Part shown: one piece after another, positions 25,330 through 38,879 of the stretch
Numbering within the stretch: position 1 is the stretch's first letter
How the letters are laid out: every line of letters starts with the position of its first letter
Source: Callorhinchus milii
Lineage: Eukaryota
Assembly: GCF_018977255.1 (NCBI RefSeq)
Contig: NW_024704743.1
Location: 44,022,001 to 44,086,000 of the forward strand
DNA length: 64,000 nucleotides
Reading direction: 5' to 3'
Notes under the pieces: generated by a model
What the model was told of the DNA's origin: nothing
The model's database searches: none
What the model saw: only the letters and a program-made list of their open reading frames with translations
Translations under genes and position numbers: made by a program

Positions 25330-26280
25330 CAGTGTGAGGCAGCAATAAGTAATAAATAAGCAGACGGAATTCTGTACTACATCACAACAGCTGATTTCAA
25401 ATCCCCCAAAACATGCTCCAGCTGCACAGCCACATCTGGAGTACAATATTGTTTACAGTTCTAGTTGCTGCAACATAAGGGAGTTGTCCTGTTGCTAGAG
25501 GCAGTGCAGTTGAGAGCAATGAAGTTGATCTCCAATGTTAGAGGAATGAGCTTTGAAGAACAATAAGATAAGTGAGAGCTCTTGGAGCTTGGAAAAGGGA
25601 TGTTTAAGAGGGGACCTTATAGAGATAGAAACCTAGACCTTTACAGCACAGGAGGAGGCCATTCGGTCCTTCGAGTCCACCAAGAAGATTAATTCAATCA
25701 CACTTCTACGACTTATCCCCACACTCCTTCAAGTCCCTATCTTTTATATATCTCTTGAAAACTCCAATGGACTCACCTCCACTACCCTACATGGCAGTGT
25801 CACGGATCCCGTGATTCTTCCGTTTGTCTGTGGCAAAACCCACTGTCGCGTATATTTTCCACGTTAACCTTGAGAGAGGCCAGGGCATGGTCAGCCTTTC
25901 TCAAGATTAATGCGGGAAATTCAAACTGTTCTCATGTATGCAATTCAATTGAAGCAGGGAAGCGTCTGTGCTGTGTGCGTATGTGCCCAGCCTTTCTCAA
26001 GGTCAATGCAGGAAATTCAAATAGTTCTCGTGGATATGCACTCAAATCCTAGCTTTGTGTGCTCACAGGTGAGTTTTTTTACACTGTGACTGCTCCATGA
26101 TCTTTGACAAAATATGCTCTACTTATAACTGTCCCTTTGTCATCTACTGCCCTGTCAATGGAAATAATTTCTCCGTATTTACCCTATCAAAACCCCTCAT
26201 AATGTTATACACCTCTATCAGGTCCCCTCTCAATCTTCTCTACTCCAATGAAAACATCTAATCTCTCCTCATAACTAAGA
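25330..26280. mobile_element. Two old CR1 fragments (+ ~25330-25625; - ~25625-26280), the second carrying an insert at 25798-26090
   Basis: 'ttggaaaagggatgtttaagaggggaccttatagag' (+); 'acagcacaggaggaggccattcgg' CR1 tail and 'atcaggtcccctctcaatcttctc' (-). Confidence 0.65.
25798..26090. mobile_element. ~290-bp insert with TGTCAC...GTGAC ends and an internal ~50-bp direct repeat (solo-LTR-like, unclassified)
   Basis: Starts TGTCACGG, ends CTGTGAC; 'cagcctttctcaag...aatgc.ggaaattcaaa' occurs twice; more CpG-rich than flanks. Confidence 0.45.
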
Positions 26281-27469
26281 TGTATATTAATAATCCTTGC
26301 ATTTGACATAAGACCTTTACATCAGAGGATGCCTCAAAGCATTTCAGAGGACTTACTGTAAAGTGTAGTGACTGTGTATTTCGTAAGATTTGTAATAAGA
26401 TACAGATAGCAAACCAGGAACAATAAAGATTTTATATTGGATCCAATCAGTGCAGCTTACTGAAGGGTTACTGTTACTTGATAGTAATAAAGTGGTATTA
26501 TTAGCAGTGTAACGTAATAATTCATTCCAGGAGCCTGGAAAGGGTTAACAGCGATGTAAAACTAATCCTGCTGAATTGGAAATACATGAAACAAAAGCAT
26601 TCAGTCTTAGTAATTATGTAACCTACAATAACCATTCACAAGGGAATGTCCCTTTGTTATGCTTTGATCAAATGGAACATTGAATTTGGTCAGTGCAGCA
26701 ATTTTACAGGCTATTTGATTTAAAATTACAAATCTCACACGTTTTGACATATCTGCACTAGCAATACATGTAACTTCCAAAGCTAATTATAATTTTTTTA
26801 AAGTATCTGATTATTTCATTCTTTTCCACATCAAAACATTGCAATTTGAATGCTATGGATTTCTGAGAATTTCAAAATAACCAATTCATTAATGTTAATA
26901 GCCTGTTATTAATGATAATTCTGATCTGTTTTTAATATCTTTGCCTATTTCTGTTAGCTATTAAAAGTCTTTGATTGAAATGACTTTGATTTAGTTCATC
27001 TCATTTAACATTTCACTTAGGCTACTTTTATCCTTTGGCCACAGAACTTCCTTGGCAGTTTGGAAAAATATACAGGTACCAATAGTCCTGTACCACGAAA
27101 GTCCTCTTAACACTCATTTCAATTTCTAAGCACACTGTCAAAGTGGATTTATTTAATAACATGAATCTTACCTCTCAGTATCTATGATGTCATCATCTGG
27201 ATGTGCAATGTGCAAAATGTGCAATTTAGATGGAGGCGGAGGGAGGAACTGAAATAGTATGTCGGGTTATTTTCACTACATCTCTGGTAAGGTGACAGAA
27301 TGGCAATGATAGTGGTTGTAGCAAAGTCCTGGACTATCTCAATGTTCAACCTCAAGAAATCTAGGTATTAGTGAATTTCAAAAAGACATGGAAAATGAAT
27401 TTTCATCTTGTACCATTTAATTAGTGCAATAATAAAAGAAAAGGAAATGAATAAAAAGAACATGTTCGT

Positions 27470-27675
27470 TCCATAGAAATTACAGCACAGAAAGAGGTAA
27501 TTCAGTCCAACATGCCTGTGCTGTTTCTGTTTAATCCCACTCTCCTGCCTTTTCCCCAGAACCTTTTAGATTTATCCTTTTAAGATATTTATCTAATTCT
27601 CTCTTAAAAGCTATTATGGATTCTGCAACAACTATTGTTCTAGGTAGGCAATTCCACAACCTAACAGCCCTCGCT
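27470..27675 (-). mobile_element. CR1 3' end
   Basis: 'catagaaattacagcacagaaagagg..attcagtcca' tail and reverse of the WN.LP region. Confidence 0.7.
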
Positions 27676-28544
27676 GTGTCGAAAGAAAGACTGGGCTGCT
27701 TCTGATCAGTGAAAGCTAGCGTGGAATCAATTGTTTTATGTCACAATCACAAACTTCTTGGAAGTTCAAAATGGTCTGATTCATCATAGACCATATCCGT
27801 AACACTGGATCGCTTTCATTTTATAACTTTTGAGTGATTCATACAGGTAACGCAGATTGCAGTCTGTTTTGTAAAGCAGAGATTATGCATCACGGTCATT
27901 TTTTTCAAAACTGGGACAAAGAGTTATTAATCTCTACAACTTTAAACGTGAATCAAAATGAGAGGTTATTAAATCTAAAAGCACACTGAACTCATTATTC
28001 ACATGAGGTTGCATGCCATTAATGGATAAGTTTCCAGACCATAAGGCCGCAGTCTTGGCATAAATGAGATGCCATGTGGTGCGTTGTCAGCACCTCATTG
28101 TTCACTGGTGCAGCCTCCTTTATCAGAGGGGTTGTTTTTCAGATGAAATACTAAACCAAAGAATTATTTGCCTGATTAAAGATCTCATAACGTTATTTAA
28201 AAAAAAGTTTCTCCAGTGTCCTGGCCAACGATCCTCCTATTCTCTGTGGTCCAATTTTTTTGTTCCTATACAAAGGATGAGGAAAATCTTTAATCATACT
28301 GTGGAGAGCAGGGAATTAAATTATTGTAATCTTGATTACTCATCACGCAATGATAAACTGTTCACAAATGTTCCCTGGTGTAGAAGTTTTTCCTGATTGA
28401 TAGTCTTGTTTCAATTTCTGTGCAGTCTAAGCAAACTTGCAATTTATTATTCCTTTTTCAGCAAATAGGAATGTGCCAGTGACTGAAAGATTCACCCATT
28501 CTACTTTCTTCATGACTTCTAAGTCTTCAAATAAATAAATAAAT

Positions 28545-28713
28545 AATAATTTGGTCACTCAATCCATGACTGTTTTTGGGACACTGCTGTACGCATTTGG
28601 CTGCTGCATTCCGCCCACAAAACATACAGTCAATTCACTTTACAGTATATTCCGTTAAGCATTTTAAAACGTAATAAGCCATTATATCAAATTCAAGGAT
28701 TGTTATTGTTATT
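28545..28713 (+). mobile_element. SINE 3' half
   Basis: 'ttggtcactcaatccatgactgtttttgggacac...caaggattgttatt'. Confidence 0.85.
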
Positions 28714-28892
28714 ATAAAATACACAATGTATGAATTTTGGTCACTCCTGGCAGAAAAGTTTAAAGTTTAATCATTTCGTGATTATTACATACTATTGTGT
28801 TAATATTGTTATTATTGTGTTATTATGTTAATAATAATACATACATATTATTGTGGAACATCCCCTATGATACTATCAGGTAAGTGTTTGCT

Positions 28893-30620
28893 TAATAACA
28901 ACAAAATTACATTTGTATAGCGTCTTTCACGTCGGGAGGACGTCCCAAGTGCGGGACAGTCAGTGTTTCGTACTCGAACTGGGAGTCGGTATTGGGAAGG
29001 GTGGAGGGTGGGGGTGAAGCAGGGTAATTGAAAGCATGGTCAAAGAGGAGCGTCTTGAGATGGGTCTTGAAGGAGGCAAGGGAGGGGGCAAGACAGAAGG
29101 ACTGCAGGATGGAGTTCCAGAGGATGGGGGCAGAGTGGCAGAAGGCCACACGCCAATTGGGCGAGGCGGGGAACGTGAAGCATAAGGAGAGGGAGCAGGC
29201 AGAATAGTAGGGGGTTAGGAGGTCACAGAGGTAGGGGGGAGCAACACCATGGAGGACTTTGAAGGTGAGGACTAGGATTTTGAACTGTATCCTCTATATA
29301 ATAAGAAGCTAGTGGAGCTGGGCAAGGATGGGGGTGATAGGGTCACAGAGCCTGGTGTGGGAGAGGACATGGGCTGCAGAGTTCTGGATGATCTGCAGCC
29401 TATGGAGGGAGGAATTGGGGAGGCCGACAAGCAATGAGTTTGCATAGTCAAGCCTCGATGTTATGAATGCATGTATGAGGGTTTTGACAATGGCAGAGCT
29501 GGGCGATGTTGCGAAGGGGGGAAGGCAGAGCGGATCATGACACAGATGTGGGGTAGAAAGGATAGTTGAGGGTCAAACAAGATGCCAAGGTTCCGGACTG
29601 GCTTAGTAAGATGGAGTGTGCAACCATGGATGGTGATACTGTCAGTGTCTGAGGTGTGGAGGCACTGACGGGAGCCAATCAAGAGAGCCTCGGTCTTGTT
29701 GACGTTCAACTGAAGAAAGTTATCTCTCATCCAGGGCTTGATGTCTGACAGACATTCTGTCAGGACAGCAGTGGTCCAGGAGTCAAGGGTGGAGGCAGAG
29801 AGGTGCAGTTGGATGTCACCCGTATACATGTGGAAGTTGACCCCATGTCTGCGGATGATGTCACCAAGAGGGAGCATATAGTTATTGAAGAGGAGGGGAC
29901 CAAGGACAGAGCCCTGGGGAAAGCCATACAAGACAGTGTGGGGGCTAGAGGAGAAACCGTTTGTGGAGATGAAATAGAGGTGGTGTGAGAAGTACTTCTG
30001 AAGCATTCAAGACCAGAACCGTGAAGGTTAAGGTGAGAGGAGACAAAGTGGATGAAGATAAAGTGGTCAACAGTCTCGAAGGCAGCAGAGAGGTCAAAGA
30101 GGATGAGAAGGCAGAGGGAGCCCTGGTCACAGATGGACAGTGTCATTTGTCACTTTGACCAGGGCTGTTTCTGTGCTGTAGGCGGCATGGAAACCCAATT
30201 GGAGAGGTTCATGAAGGGAGTGGCAGAAGAGGGAAGGAGTGAAGCTGGGAAGCAATGAATCGTTCTAGGATCTTGGAGAGGAAAAAGAGGTTGGAGATGG
30301 GGCAGTAGTTTGAGAGTTGGAATGGGTCCAGTGGGGGTGGGGGGTGGGGGTGTTTAAGGATAGGAGTGAATACGGACATTTTTAAAGGGATGGGAACGGT
30401 GCTAGTGGACACGGAGAGGTTTATGATGTCTGTGAGTAAAGGGGTACGGAGGTAAAGCTGGGAAGTAAGGAGAAGGGTAGGGTGGGTTGAGGGAGCAGAT
30501 GGTTGGTTTCATGCGGGTTATAGTGGTGATGAGAGAGAAGTGGGAGACAGGTTCAAAGGTGTGGAGGGAGTGATAGGTAGTGGCCAGAGTGAGAGGGGGA
30601 GATGGGGAGGGCATAGTAGG
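28893..30620 (-). mobile_element. L2 LINE, 5'-truncated, same older subfamily as 628-3416
   Basis: ORFs 29461-30006 ([17 protein letters not shown]), 29760-30146 (FDLSAAFETV), 28907-29149 (FKTHLKTLLF); L2 tail. Confidence 0.93.
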
Positions 30621-30654
30621 TGGAAGGATAATGAATAATAGGAATACTATCTTC

Positions 30655-30980
30655 ACATTTCGTGAAGCGTATTTTATGTTGGGAGGCCATCTCAAAGCAC
30701 TTCACAAGATGTACTGTAATGTGTAGTAACTGTGTGTTTTGTGAGTGTACACAACAGATAATTTGCACAGCGCAATGTTCCACAAACAGTTCATGAATGG
30801 CCAATTTTATTTGGGAGATTGAGACCAGGGCACTGAGAAAATCTCTCTTTCAAATATGCCATGGGATATTTAACTTCCACCTGAGCAGGCACTTTGGATT
30901 AATGTCTCATCCAAAGGACAGCACCTCCAACAAGATAGCAGCCCCCCGGCATTGCACCAGAGCATCAACCTAGATTATAT
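30655..30980 (-). mobile_element. Deu-domain SINE, decayed
   Basis: 'gccatgggatatttaacttccacctgag...aatgtctcatccaaaggacagcacctcc'. Confidence 0.8.
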
Positions 30981-31118
30981 TCATCAATGCCAAATCAACT
31001 AGTTTTTTAGTTACTGTGCATAAACTGGCTGCTGCATTTCATCCACAAAACACATACAAACATAGCTTAGAAGGAGGCTATTTGGCCTCAGGTGTCTGAG
31101 AGTTGTTGGGACTCCTTT

Positions 31119-31479
31119 GTGGCATCCAATAGCTCAGAGCATTCGCCTCGCAAGTGAGAGACCTGAGTTCGATTCCCAGAAAGGCGAAATGTTGGGCAAG
31201 TTTCCGTACTCCACATGCCTCTGTTTACCTAGCAGTAAGTAGAAAACCGGTTGTTAGTCGATTGGCGATTGCTTTACTGGGGGTAATAATTCCTTCAAAA
31301 AAAATGATAAATTGGTCACTTCAATGCACAACTGTTTGTGGGACACCTCTGTGTGCAATTGGCTGCCACGTTTTGCCCACAAAATATACAATCAATTCAC
31401 TTTACAGTATATTCTGTGACGAGCTTTGAGACATCTCAAAGTTGTAATAAGGTGCTATATCAAATGCAAGGATTATTAT
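31119..31479 (+). mobile_element. tRNA-derived SINE, long form
   Basis: 'tagctcag', 'gagttcgattcc', central 'gcctctgtttacctagcagtaagtag', L2-like tail. Confidence 0.9.
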
Positions 31480-33465
31480 GTATATGTGGAAAGCCCTGCC
31501 AAAGTAAGGTGGTATAGTCCATTGTGGATTTCAAGAGGGGAAAGTACATGAAGAATGAAGGCTTAAAGGGGTATGGAGATAAGGCAGGCAGAATGATCAC
31601 CTTTTTCTGAGAGGGCTGTTGCAGACTCGATGGGACATACTAGGATTCTATCAGTAGTCACGGAGCATCTCTCTGCTGTGATACAGTGATGTGGAATGTG
31701 ATGTCAATATTTGTCCATAAATATACTGCCAGGATGAAGATTATATGGATCAATCTGGCCTGATGGTCTAAAGATCCTTTGATGTGAAGGTGTAGTTGAA
31801 TATCCCTTTGATGCTTTCCCTTTTGATACAATCACCTAATGCAGAATTCCCTGTAAACTATATCAAAACTGCAGCGCTCAGTTCACAGACTTACCATCAA
31901 TTCAGACCAATGATTAAGTAGTATTTTATTTGGTAAGTCTCAGAGGCAGGGGATAATTGGGAATTTCCCAGTTTAATTGGCTTTCAGTGTCAATTACGTA
32001 CCTTAATTCCCTTTTTAACAATTGGCTACTTACAGTGCTAAACGGAGAAGTGCAACTTCAGTTTTAAATTAATGAAATGTATGGACCACGAAAATGTTGA
32101 TCTGCCTCTTGTTTACTGTTCCTTCATTTAATGACAGGGTGAAATTAATGCATGGTATTCTTTATAGGGTATTATAATCACAAACTAAGATCAAGAGGGA
32201 ACATTGGATGGAACATCAATCAATGTCACTCTCAGACCCCTGAAAACTTGCAGCACCAACCAGCAATTTTTTCCCATTCTTTTGATTTACGAATTAAGCA
32301 TATTGTGAGAACTTATAATATGAAAATTATAAATCTGAATTGCAGAATGATAGCACAGTATATTCCTTTGTCCTATTAATAACTTTAAAATGTAAAAATG
32401 TTTATTTTTTTATTTATCTTCTCAAATTTCCAACATATTAATATTCACGAAGAGAAACTTCAGCAATATTATTCTATAATAGAGAATGATTTTATGTGAA
32501 ATAGCAGTGAGTTATAAACTAACAATAATGCATATAAAATTCTATGAATGTTGGAAATAACTTGCAAACAATTGTTCTCCAGAAATGCAGAAATAATTGA
32601 ATGGACTATAGACAAGAGGAAACTGGAGGAAAATATCTGTTTTATTCACCTAAGTAATACTACTTCTTCTCGATTAATTGTTTTGTTGGAAGCAATATAT
32701 CCAAGTGATGGAAGGTATACAGAAAATATTTCACATAGTAAAATAAGCCAATTTATATTTTTTTTTCGCTATCGTAGAAACATGGAAACTTTCAGCACAG
32801 AAGGACGCCACTCAACGCCAAATCTCTTGCCAAGCATACACATCTAATACATTTGTAGGTTGGGTTAACCATGTGTGCAGAGGGAATTACAAGTTGTAAA
32901 ATTAAAAACCAATGTAAACAAATTTAGGTGATTTGTGTGCCTATAAAACCGCAGCACAAAATGTTGGCTGGAACACTGGAAGCAATTAACTTCTCTTTGG
33001 TGAATGGTGCCATGGATCTTAATATTATAATCCTTGCAATTGATATAGGGCCTTATCATGTCATTAAATCTTCTGAAAATACTTCATAGAATTTACTGTA
33101 GAGTAGTGATTTTGCATTCTGTAGACAAGTGTAGCTGAGTCCACACTGGTATTTTGTTTGTCAGCTGGTATATTCAAGCCCTGATGTCAATAGTTCAAGT
33201 CTTTTGACATTTTCAAGCAATTTTAAATTCAAACTATTTTTGCATTTGTTTTGAATGAAATATAAGCACCAAAATGTCACCCATTTGACACTGTATCACA
33301 ATAGAATAGCTTGCTGTTATATTTCTTTTTAATATAAAAATATATAGAAAATAAACTAATAGAAATTCTATAGTATAATATTTCACTGCAAAATGTTGCT
33401 GGATGAACGTTACTAAGTATTGTTGAAGGTGATTACTGCTTACTTCCCAGTAACAACATTAAACA

Positions 33466-34813
33466 TTAGGGAATGAAGTGGTGCAAGTGGAGCAGGTTTC
33501 AGCAGGAGAGCATCTGGACAGTAGTGATCACAACATCATTAGATTTGGAGTACTTATGGAAAGGGACTCAAATCAAAGGAGCAATCAAAGGTGAAGATAC
33601 TCAACTGGAAGAGGACTAATTTCAGTGAGTTAAAAAGGGACCTAGCCAAGGTGGACTGGAAAGAAAGATTGGCAGGTAAAACAGCTAACGAGCAATGGGA
33701 AGCCATCAAGGAGGAGATAGTTCGGGGACAGAACAAATATATTCCCACAAAGGGGATAGGTAGGGCATCCGAGCCTCCCTGGATGAATAAGAAAATTGGG
33801 ATTAAAATAAACAGAAAAAGGAGGCTTATGATAAATGTCAGGTCCAAAATACAGATGATAATCAAATAGAATATGGAAAGTACAGAGGAGAACTGAAAAA
33901 GGAAAAAAGAGGGGCAAAGAGATTGTATGAGAAAAGATTAGTGGGTAACATAAAAGGGAACCCTACGGTATTTTATAAGCATATAATGAATAAAACGTTA
34001 GTCAAAGGTAAGGTGGGTCCAATTAGTCACCAAAGTGGAAATCTTCTTGTGGAGGCAGAGGGCATGGCTGATGTACTGAATGAGTACTTTGCATCTGCCT
34101 TCACAAAAGAGGAGGATGCAGCCAATGACACAGTACCGGAGGAGAGGGTAGAGAAATTGGATAAGATAAGAATAAACCAAGAGGAGGTACTAAAAAGGTT
34201 GTCAGTGCTCAAGGTAGATAAGTCACTCAGTCTAGACAGGATGCATCCGAGGTTACTGAAGGAAGGAAGGGTGGAAATAATGGAGGCTCTGGCCACAAGC
34301 TTTCAATCCTCCTTGGATACCAGGGTGGTGCCAGAGGACTGGAGGGTTGCAAATGTTACTCCCCTGTACAAAAAGGGGCAGAGGATAAACCCAGGAATTA
34401 CAGGCCAGCCAGCCTAATGTCAGTACTGGGGAAACTTCTAGACACTATAATCCAGGACAAAATAAATTTTCACTTAGAAAAATATGGGTTAATAAAGGAC
34501 AGCCAACATAGATTTCTTAAAGGCAAATCGTGTCAACAAACCTGATAGTATTTTAATAAAGTAATGGAGAGGGAGGATGAAGGTAGTGCAGTTGATGTAG
34601 TTTATATGGATTTTCAAAAGGTGTTTAATAAAGTGCCACATAAGAGACTTGTAAACAGAATAGAAGCCCATGGTATTAAAGGGATAGTGGCAATATGGAT
34701 ACAGAACTGGCTGGGAGACAGAAAGCAGAGTGTGGTGATGAACGGTTGTTTTTCTGACTGGAGGCAAGGGTGGGGTGGTGTCCCCTAGGAGTCAGTATTG
34801 GGACCACTGCTGT
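33466..34813 (+). mobile_element. CR1 lineage B, 5' segment (continues at 38880)
   Basis: GEHLDSSDHN, ORFs 33591-33869, 33923-34417, 34564-34788; breaks at 'GVP*ESVLGPLL'. Confidence 0.92.
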
Positions 34814-37772
34814 ATAAGACCATAAGACGTAGGAGCAGGAGTAGGCCATTCATCCCCTCGAGCCTGCTCTGCCATTTAATAAGATCATGGCTGATCTTCT
34901 AACCTAATTACATTTACCCGCCCTATCCCCATAACCCTTAATCCCTCTATCCTTTAGAAATCTATCAACCTCAGTCTTGATTATGTTCACTACCCTCTGA
35001 ATGAAGAAATGTTTCCTCAACTCAGTTCGAAAAGACTGACCCTTAATCTTGAGACTATAACCCCTAGTTTTAGATTCTCCAACCAGGGGAAACAGTCTCA
35101 CGGCATCTGCCCTGTCAAGACCCTTAAGAATCTTATATATTTCCATAAGATCACCTCTAATTCTTCTATATTCTAGAGAATATGGGCCTAGTCTATTCAA
35201 CCTATCCTCATAGGTGAACCCCCTCATCCAAGGAACTAACCTAGTGAATCTACGCTGCACCCCCTCTAAGGTGAGTATGTCCTTTCCTAAATAAGGAGAC
35301 CAAAACTGCACACGATAGTTTAGGTGCGGTCTCACCAAGGCCCTATACAACTGCAGCAAGACTTCCCTACTCTTGTACTCTAACCCTTTTGCAACGAACG
35401 CCAACATGGCATTAGCCTCCCTATTTGCTTGCTGTACCTGCATACTAACTTTTTGTGACTGGTGTACAAGGACACCCAAATCCTTCTGAACACTAACACT
35501 ACCTAGTCTCTTCCCCTCTAGAAAATAATCCACTTTTCTATTTTTACTACCTAGGTGAATAACTTCACACTTTCCCACATTATACTCCATCTGCCACCTT
35601 CTTGCCCACTCACCTAGCCTGTCTATTTCCCTTTACATTCTTCATGTGTCATCCTCACAGCTTACTCTCCCACCTATATTTGTATCGTCCGCGACTTTAA
35701 ATATATTAAGTTATATTTCTTCATCTAAATCATTGATGTAGACTGTAAATAATTGAAGTCCAAGCACTGATCCTTGTGGCACTCCACGAGTCACATCCTG
35801 CCAATCTGAGAAAGACTCGTTTATCCCTACTCTCTGTTTTTTTCCTGTTAGCCACCCTCCAATCCATGCTAATATATTATCTTTAATTCCATGGGCTCTA
35901 ATCGTATGTAACAGCCTTTTATGTGGCACCTTATCAAATTCCTTCTGGAAATCCAAATACATCACATCTACTGGTTCCCCCCTATCTAACTTGCTAGTTA
36001 CATCCTCAAAAAACTCTACAAGATTTGTTAAACATGATTTCCCTTTTTGTAAAGCCATGTTGACTCTGCCTAATCATGTTATGGTTTGCTAAGTGCCTCA
36101 CGACGACTTCCCTAATTAAGGACTGTAAAATTTTCCCTACCACCGATGTCAGACTAACTGATCTGTAGTTCCCCATTTTTTGTCTTCACTCTTCTTAAAT
36201 ATCAGCATGACGTTTGCGACCTTCCAATTAATGGGAACCATTCCAGAATCCAGGGAATTTTGGAAGATCAAAAACAAAGCGTCCACTATCTCTGCAGTCA
36301 CCTCTTTTAAAACCCAAGGATGCAGGCCATCAAGTCCAGGGATTTATCAGTTTTTAATCCTATCAATTTCTCTAGTACTATTGCTTTACAGATGTTCATT
36401 TTTTTAAGTTACTCACTAACATGATCCTCCAGGATCCCCTCTATTTTCGGTAAATTTTCAGTGTCCACTAACTTGAAGACAGAAGCAAAATAATTGTTGA
36501 ATGACTGCCATTTCCTTATTCCCCATTATAATTTCTCCTGTCTGCGCCTGCAATAGAAGCACATTCACTTTTGATGGTGTCTTCCTCTTTATGTACTTGT
36601 AAAAACTCTTACAATCTGTCTTTATATCTCTAGCTAGTTTACTCTCATATTCCATTTTCTCCCTCTTAATCAGTTTCTTGGTTTTCCTTTGCTGATCTCT
36701 AAAGCCCTCCCAATCCTTAGGTTTAGTGCTCTTTTTGGCAGTATTATAGGCTTCTTCTTTTAATTTTATACTTTCCCTAACTTCTCTAGTTAGCCAAGGT
36801 TGAACCACTTTTCCCGTGGTATTTTTAGTTTTCAAGGGAATATGTGATTGCTGGGAATTACGTATTATATCTTTAAACGTTTGCCATTACTGGTCTACCG
36901 TCATACTCTTTAATCTAATTTCCCAGTCTATTTTAGCCAAATCTTCTCTCATACCTGCAAAATTGCCTTTATTTAGATTTAAGACCCTTACTTCGGATTC
37001 AACTATATCACTCTCTAACTTAATGTTAAATTCCATCATGTTATGGTCACTCTGCCCTAGAGGAGCCTTAACTTCCAGATTGCTGATTAGCCCTATTTCA
37101 TTACACAAAACAAGGTGTAGGATAGCCTGTTCCCTGGTTGGCTCCTCAGCATACTGCTCTAGAAAACTATCTCTAATGCATTCTATAAAGTCATCCTCTA
37201 ATTTACCTTTGCCAATTTGGTTTTCCCAGTCCATATGAAGATTAAAATCACCCCTTATTAGTGTATTCCCTTTGCCACATGCTCCTCTAATTTCCTGATT
37301 AATACCCTGCCCAATACTGTAAGAGCTGTTTGTGTGTCTATAAACTACTCCCACTAGTGTTTTCTGCCCCTTGTTGTTTCTTACCTCCACACATACTGAC
37401 ACTACATCCTGATTTTCTGATTTAAAATCCTGCCTCTCTACTGCTTCTATCTAATCCTTTATTAGCAGGGCTAAGCCCTCCTCTCCCCGTTTTCCATATT
37501 GCTTATCTTTCCTACACGTCGAATACCCCAGAATGTTTAGCTCCCAAACTTGGTCTCCCTGTAACTATGTCTCAGTAATAGTCACTAGATCAAACTCATT
37601 TATGTCTATTTGTGCACTTAGTTCATCTATCTTGTTACGAATCCTTCGTGCAATCAGATATAGCGCCTTTAATATTGACCTCTTACTATTTCCCCTACTC
37701 ATTAATGCCCTATTTCCTTTGTTGAGCTTTTTGTCCCTCTTGACAAACTCTGTTCTTTATCTCCCGTCGTTA
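34814..37772 (-). mobile_element. CR1 lineage A, spanning all of ORF2, decayed
   Basis: Tail at 34814; ORFs 34904-35590, 35711-36058, 36458-36835, 36887-37402; start LKALYLIARRIRNK. Confidence 0.95.
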
Positions 37773-37775
37773 CTC

Positions 37776-38104
37776 TGGAGTCCTGTAGCTCAGTGGTTAG
37801 AGCACTCGCTTTGCAAGCAAGAGACCTGAGTTCAATTCCAGGCAGGTCAGGGCGAAACCTTGGGCAAGTTTCCTTACTCCACACGCCTAATAATAATCCC
37901 TCCAAAAACAAAAACAATAATAAATTGGTCATTTTCAATCTACGACTGTTTGTGGGACATTGCTGTGCGCAATTGGCTGCCGCATTCGCCCACAAATATA
38001 CAGTCAATTCACTTTACAGTGTGTTCTGTGAAGCGCTTTGGGACGTCCTCCCGATGTGAAAAGTGCTATATCAAATGCAAGGATTATTATTATTATATTA
38101 TTAT
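37776..38104 (+). mobile_element. tRNA-Ala-derived SINE, short young form
   Basis: Nearly identical to 18810-19136. Confidence 0.95.
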
Positions 38105-38879
38105 AGCTAGTTTACTCTCATATTCCATTTTCTCCCTCTTAATCAGTTTCTTGTTTTTTCTTTGCTGATCTCTAAAGCCCTCCCAATCCTTAGGTTTACT
38201 GCTCATTTTGGCAATATTATAGGCTTCTTCTTTTAATTTTATACTTTCCCTAACTTATCTAGTTAGCCAAGGTTGAGCCACTTTTCCCATGGTATTTTTA
38301 TTTTTCAAGGGAATATGTGATTCCTGGGAATTATGTATTATATCTTTAAACGTTTGCCATTGCTGGTCTACCGTCATACTCTTTAATCTAATTTCCCATT
38401 CTATTTTAGCCAAATCTTCTCTCATACCTGGAAAATTGGCTTTATTTAGATTTAAGACCCTTACTTCGGATTCAACTATATCACTCTCTAACTTAATGTT
38501 AAATTCCATCATGTTATGGTCACTCTGCCCTAGAGGAGCCTTAACTTCCAGATTGCTGATTAGCCCTATTTCATTACATAAAACAAGGTGTAGGATAGCC
38601 TGTTCCCTGGTTGGCTCCTCAGCATACTGCTCTAGAAAACTATCTCTAATGCATTCTATAAAGTCATCCTCTAATTTACCTTTACCAATTTGGTTTTCCC
38701 AATCTATGTGAAGATTGAAATAACCCACTATTAATGTATTCCCTTTGCCACATGCTCCTCTAATTTCCTGATTAATACCCTGCCCAATACTGTAAGTGCT
38801 GTTTGGGGGTCTATAAACTACTCCCACTAGTGTTTTCTGCCCCTTGTTGTTTCGTGCCTCCACCCATATTGAAACATAC
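38104..38879 (-). mobile_element. Second copy of CR1-A internal segment 36631-37400
   Basis: ORF 38255-38887 nearly equals 36887-37402; no 3' tail. Confidence 0.93.

Noticed and set aside
22985..26040. Short direct repeats as a possible CRISPR-like array
   Set aside because: Only two units each, no spacer series, eukaryotic context.
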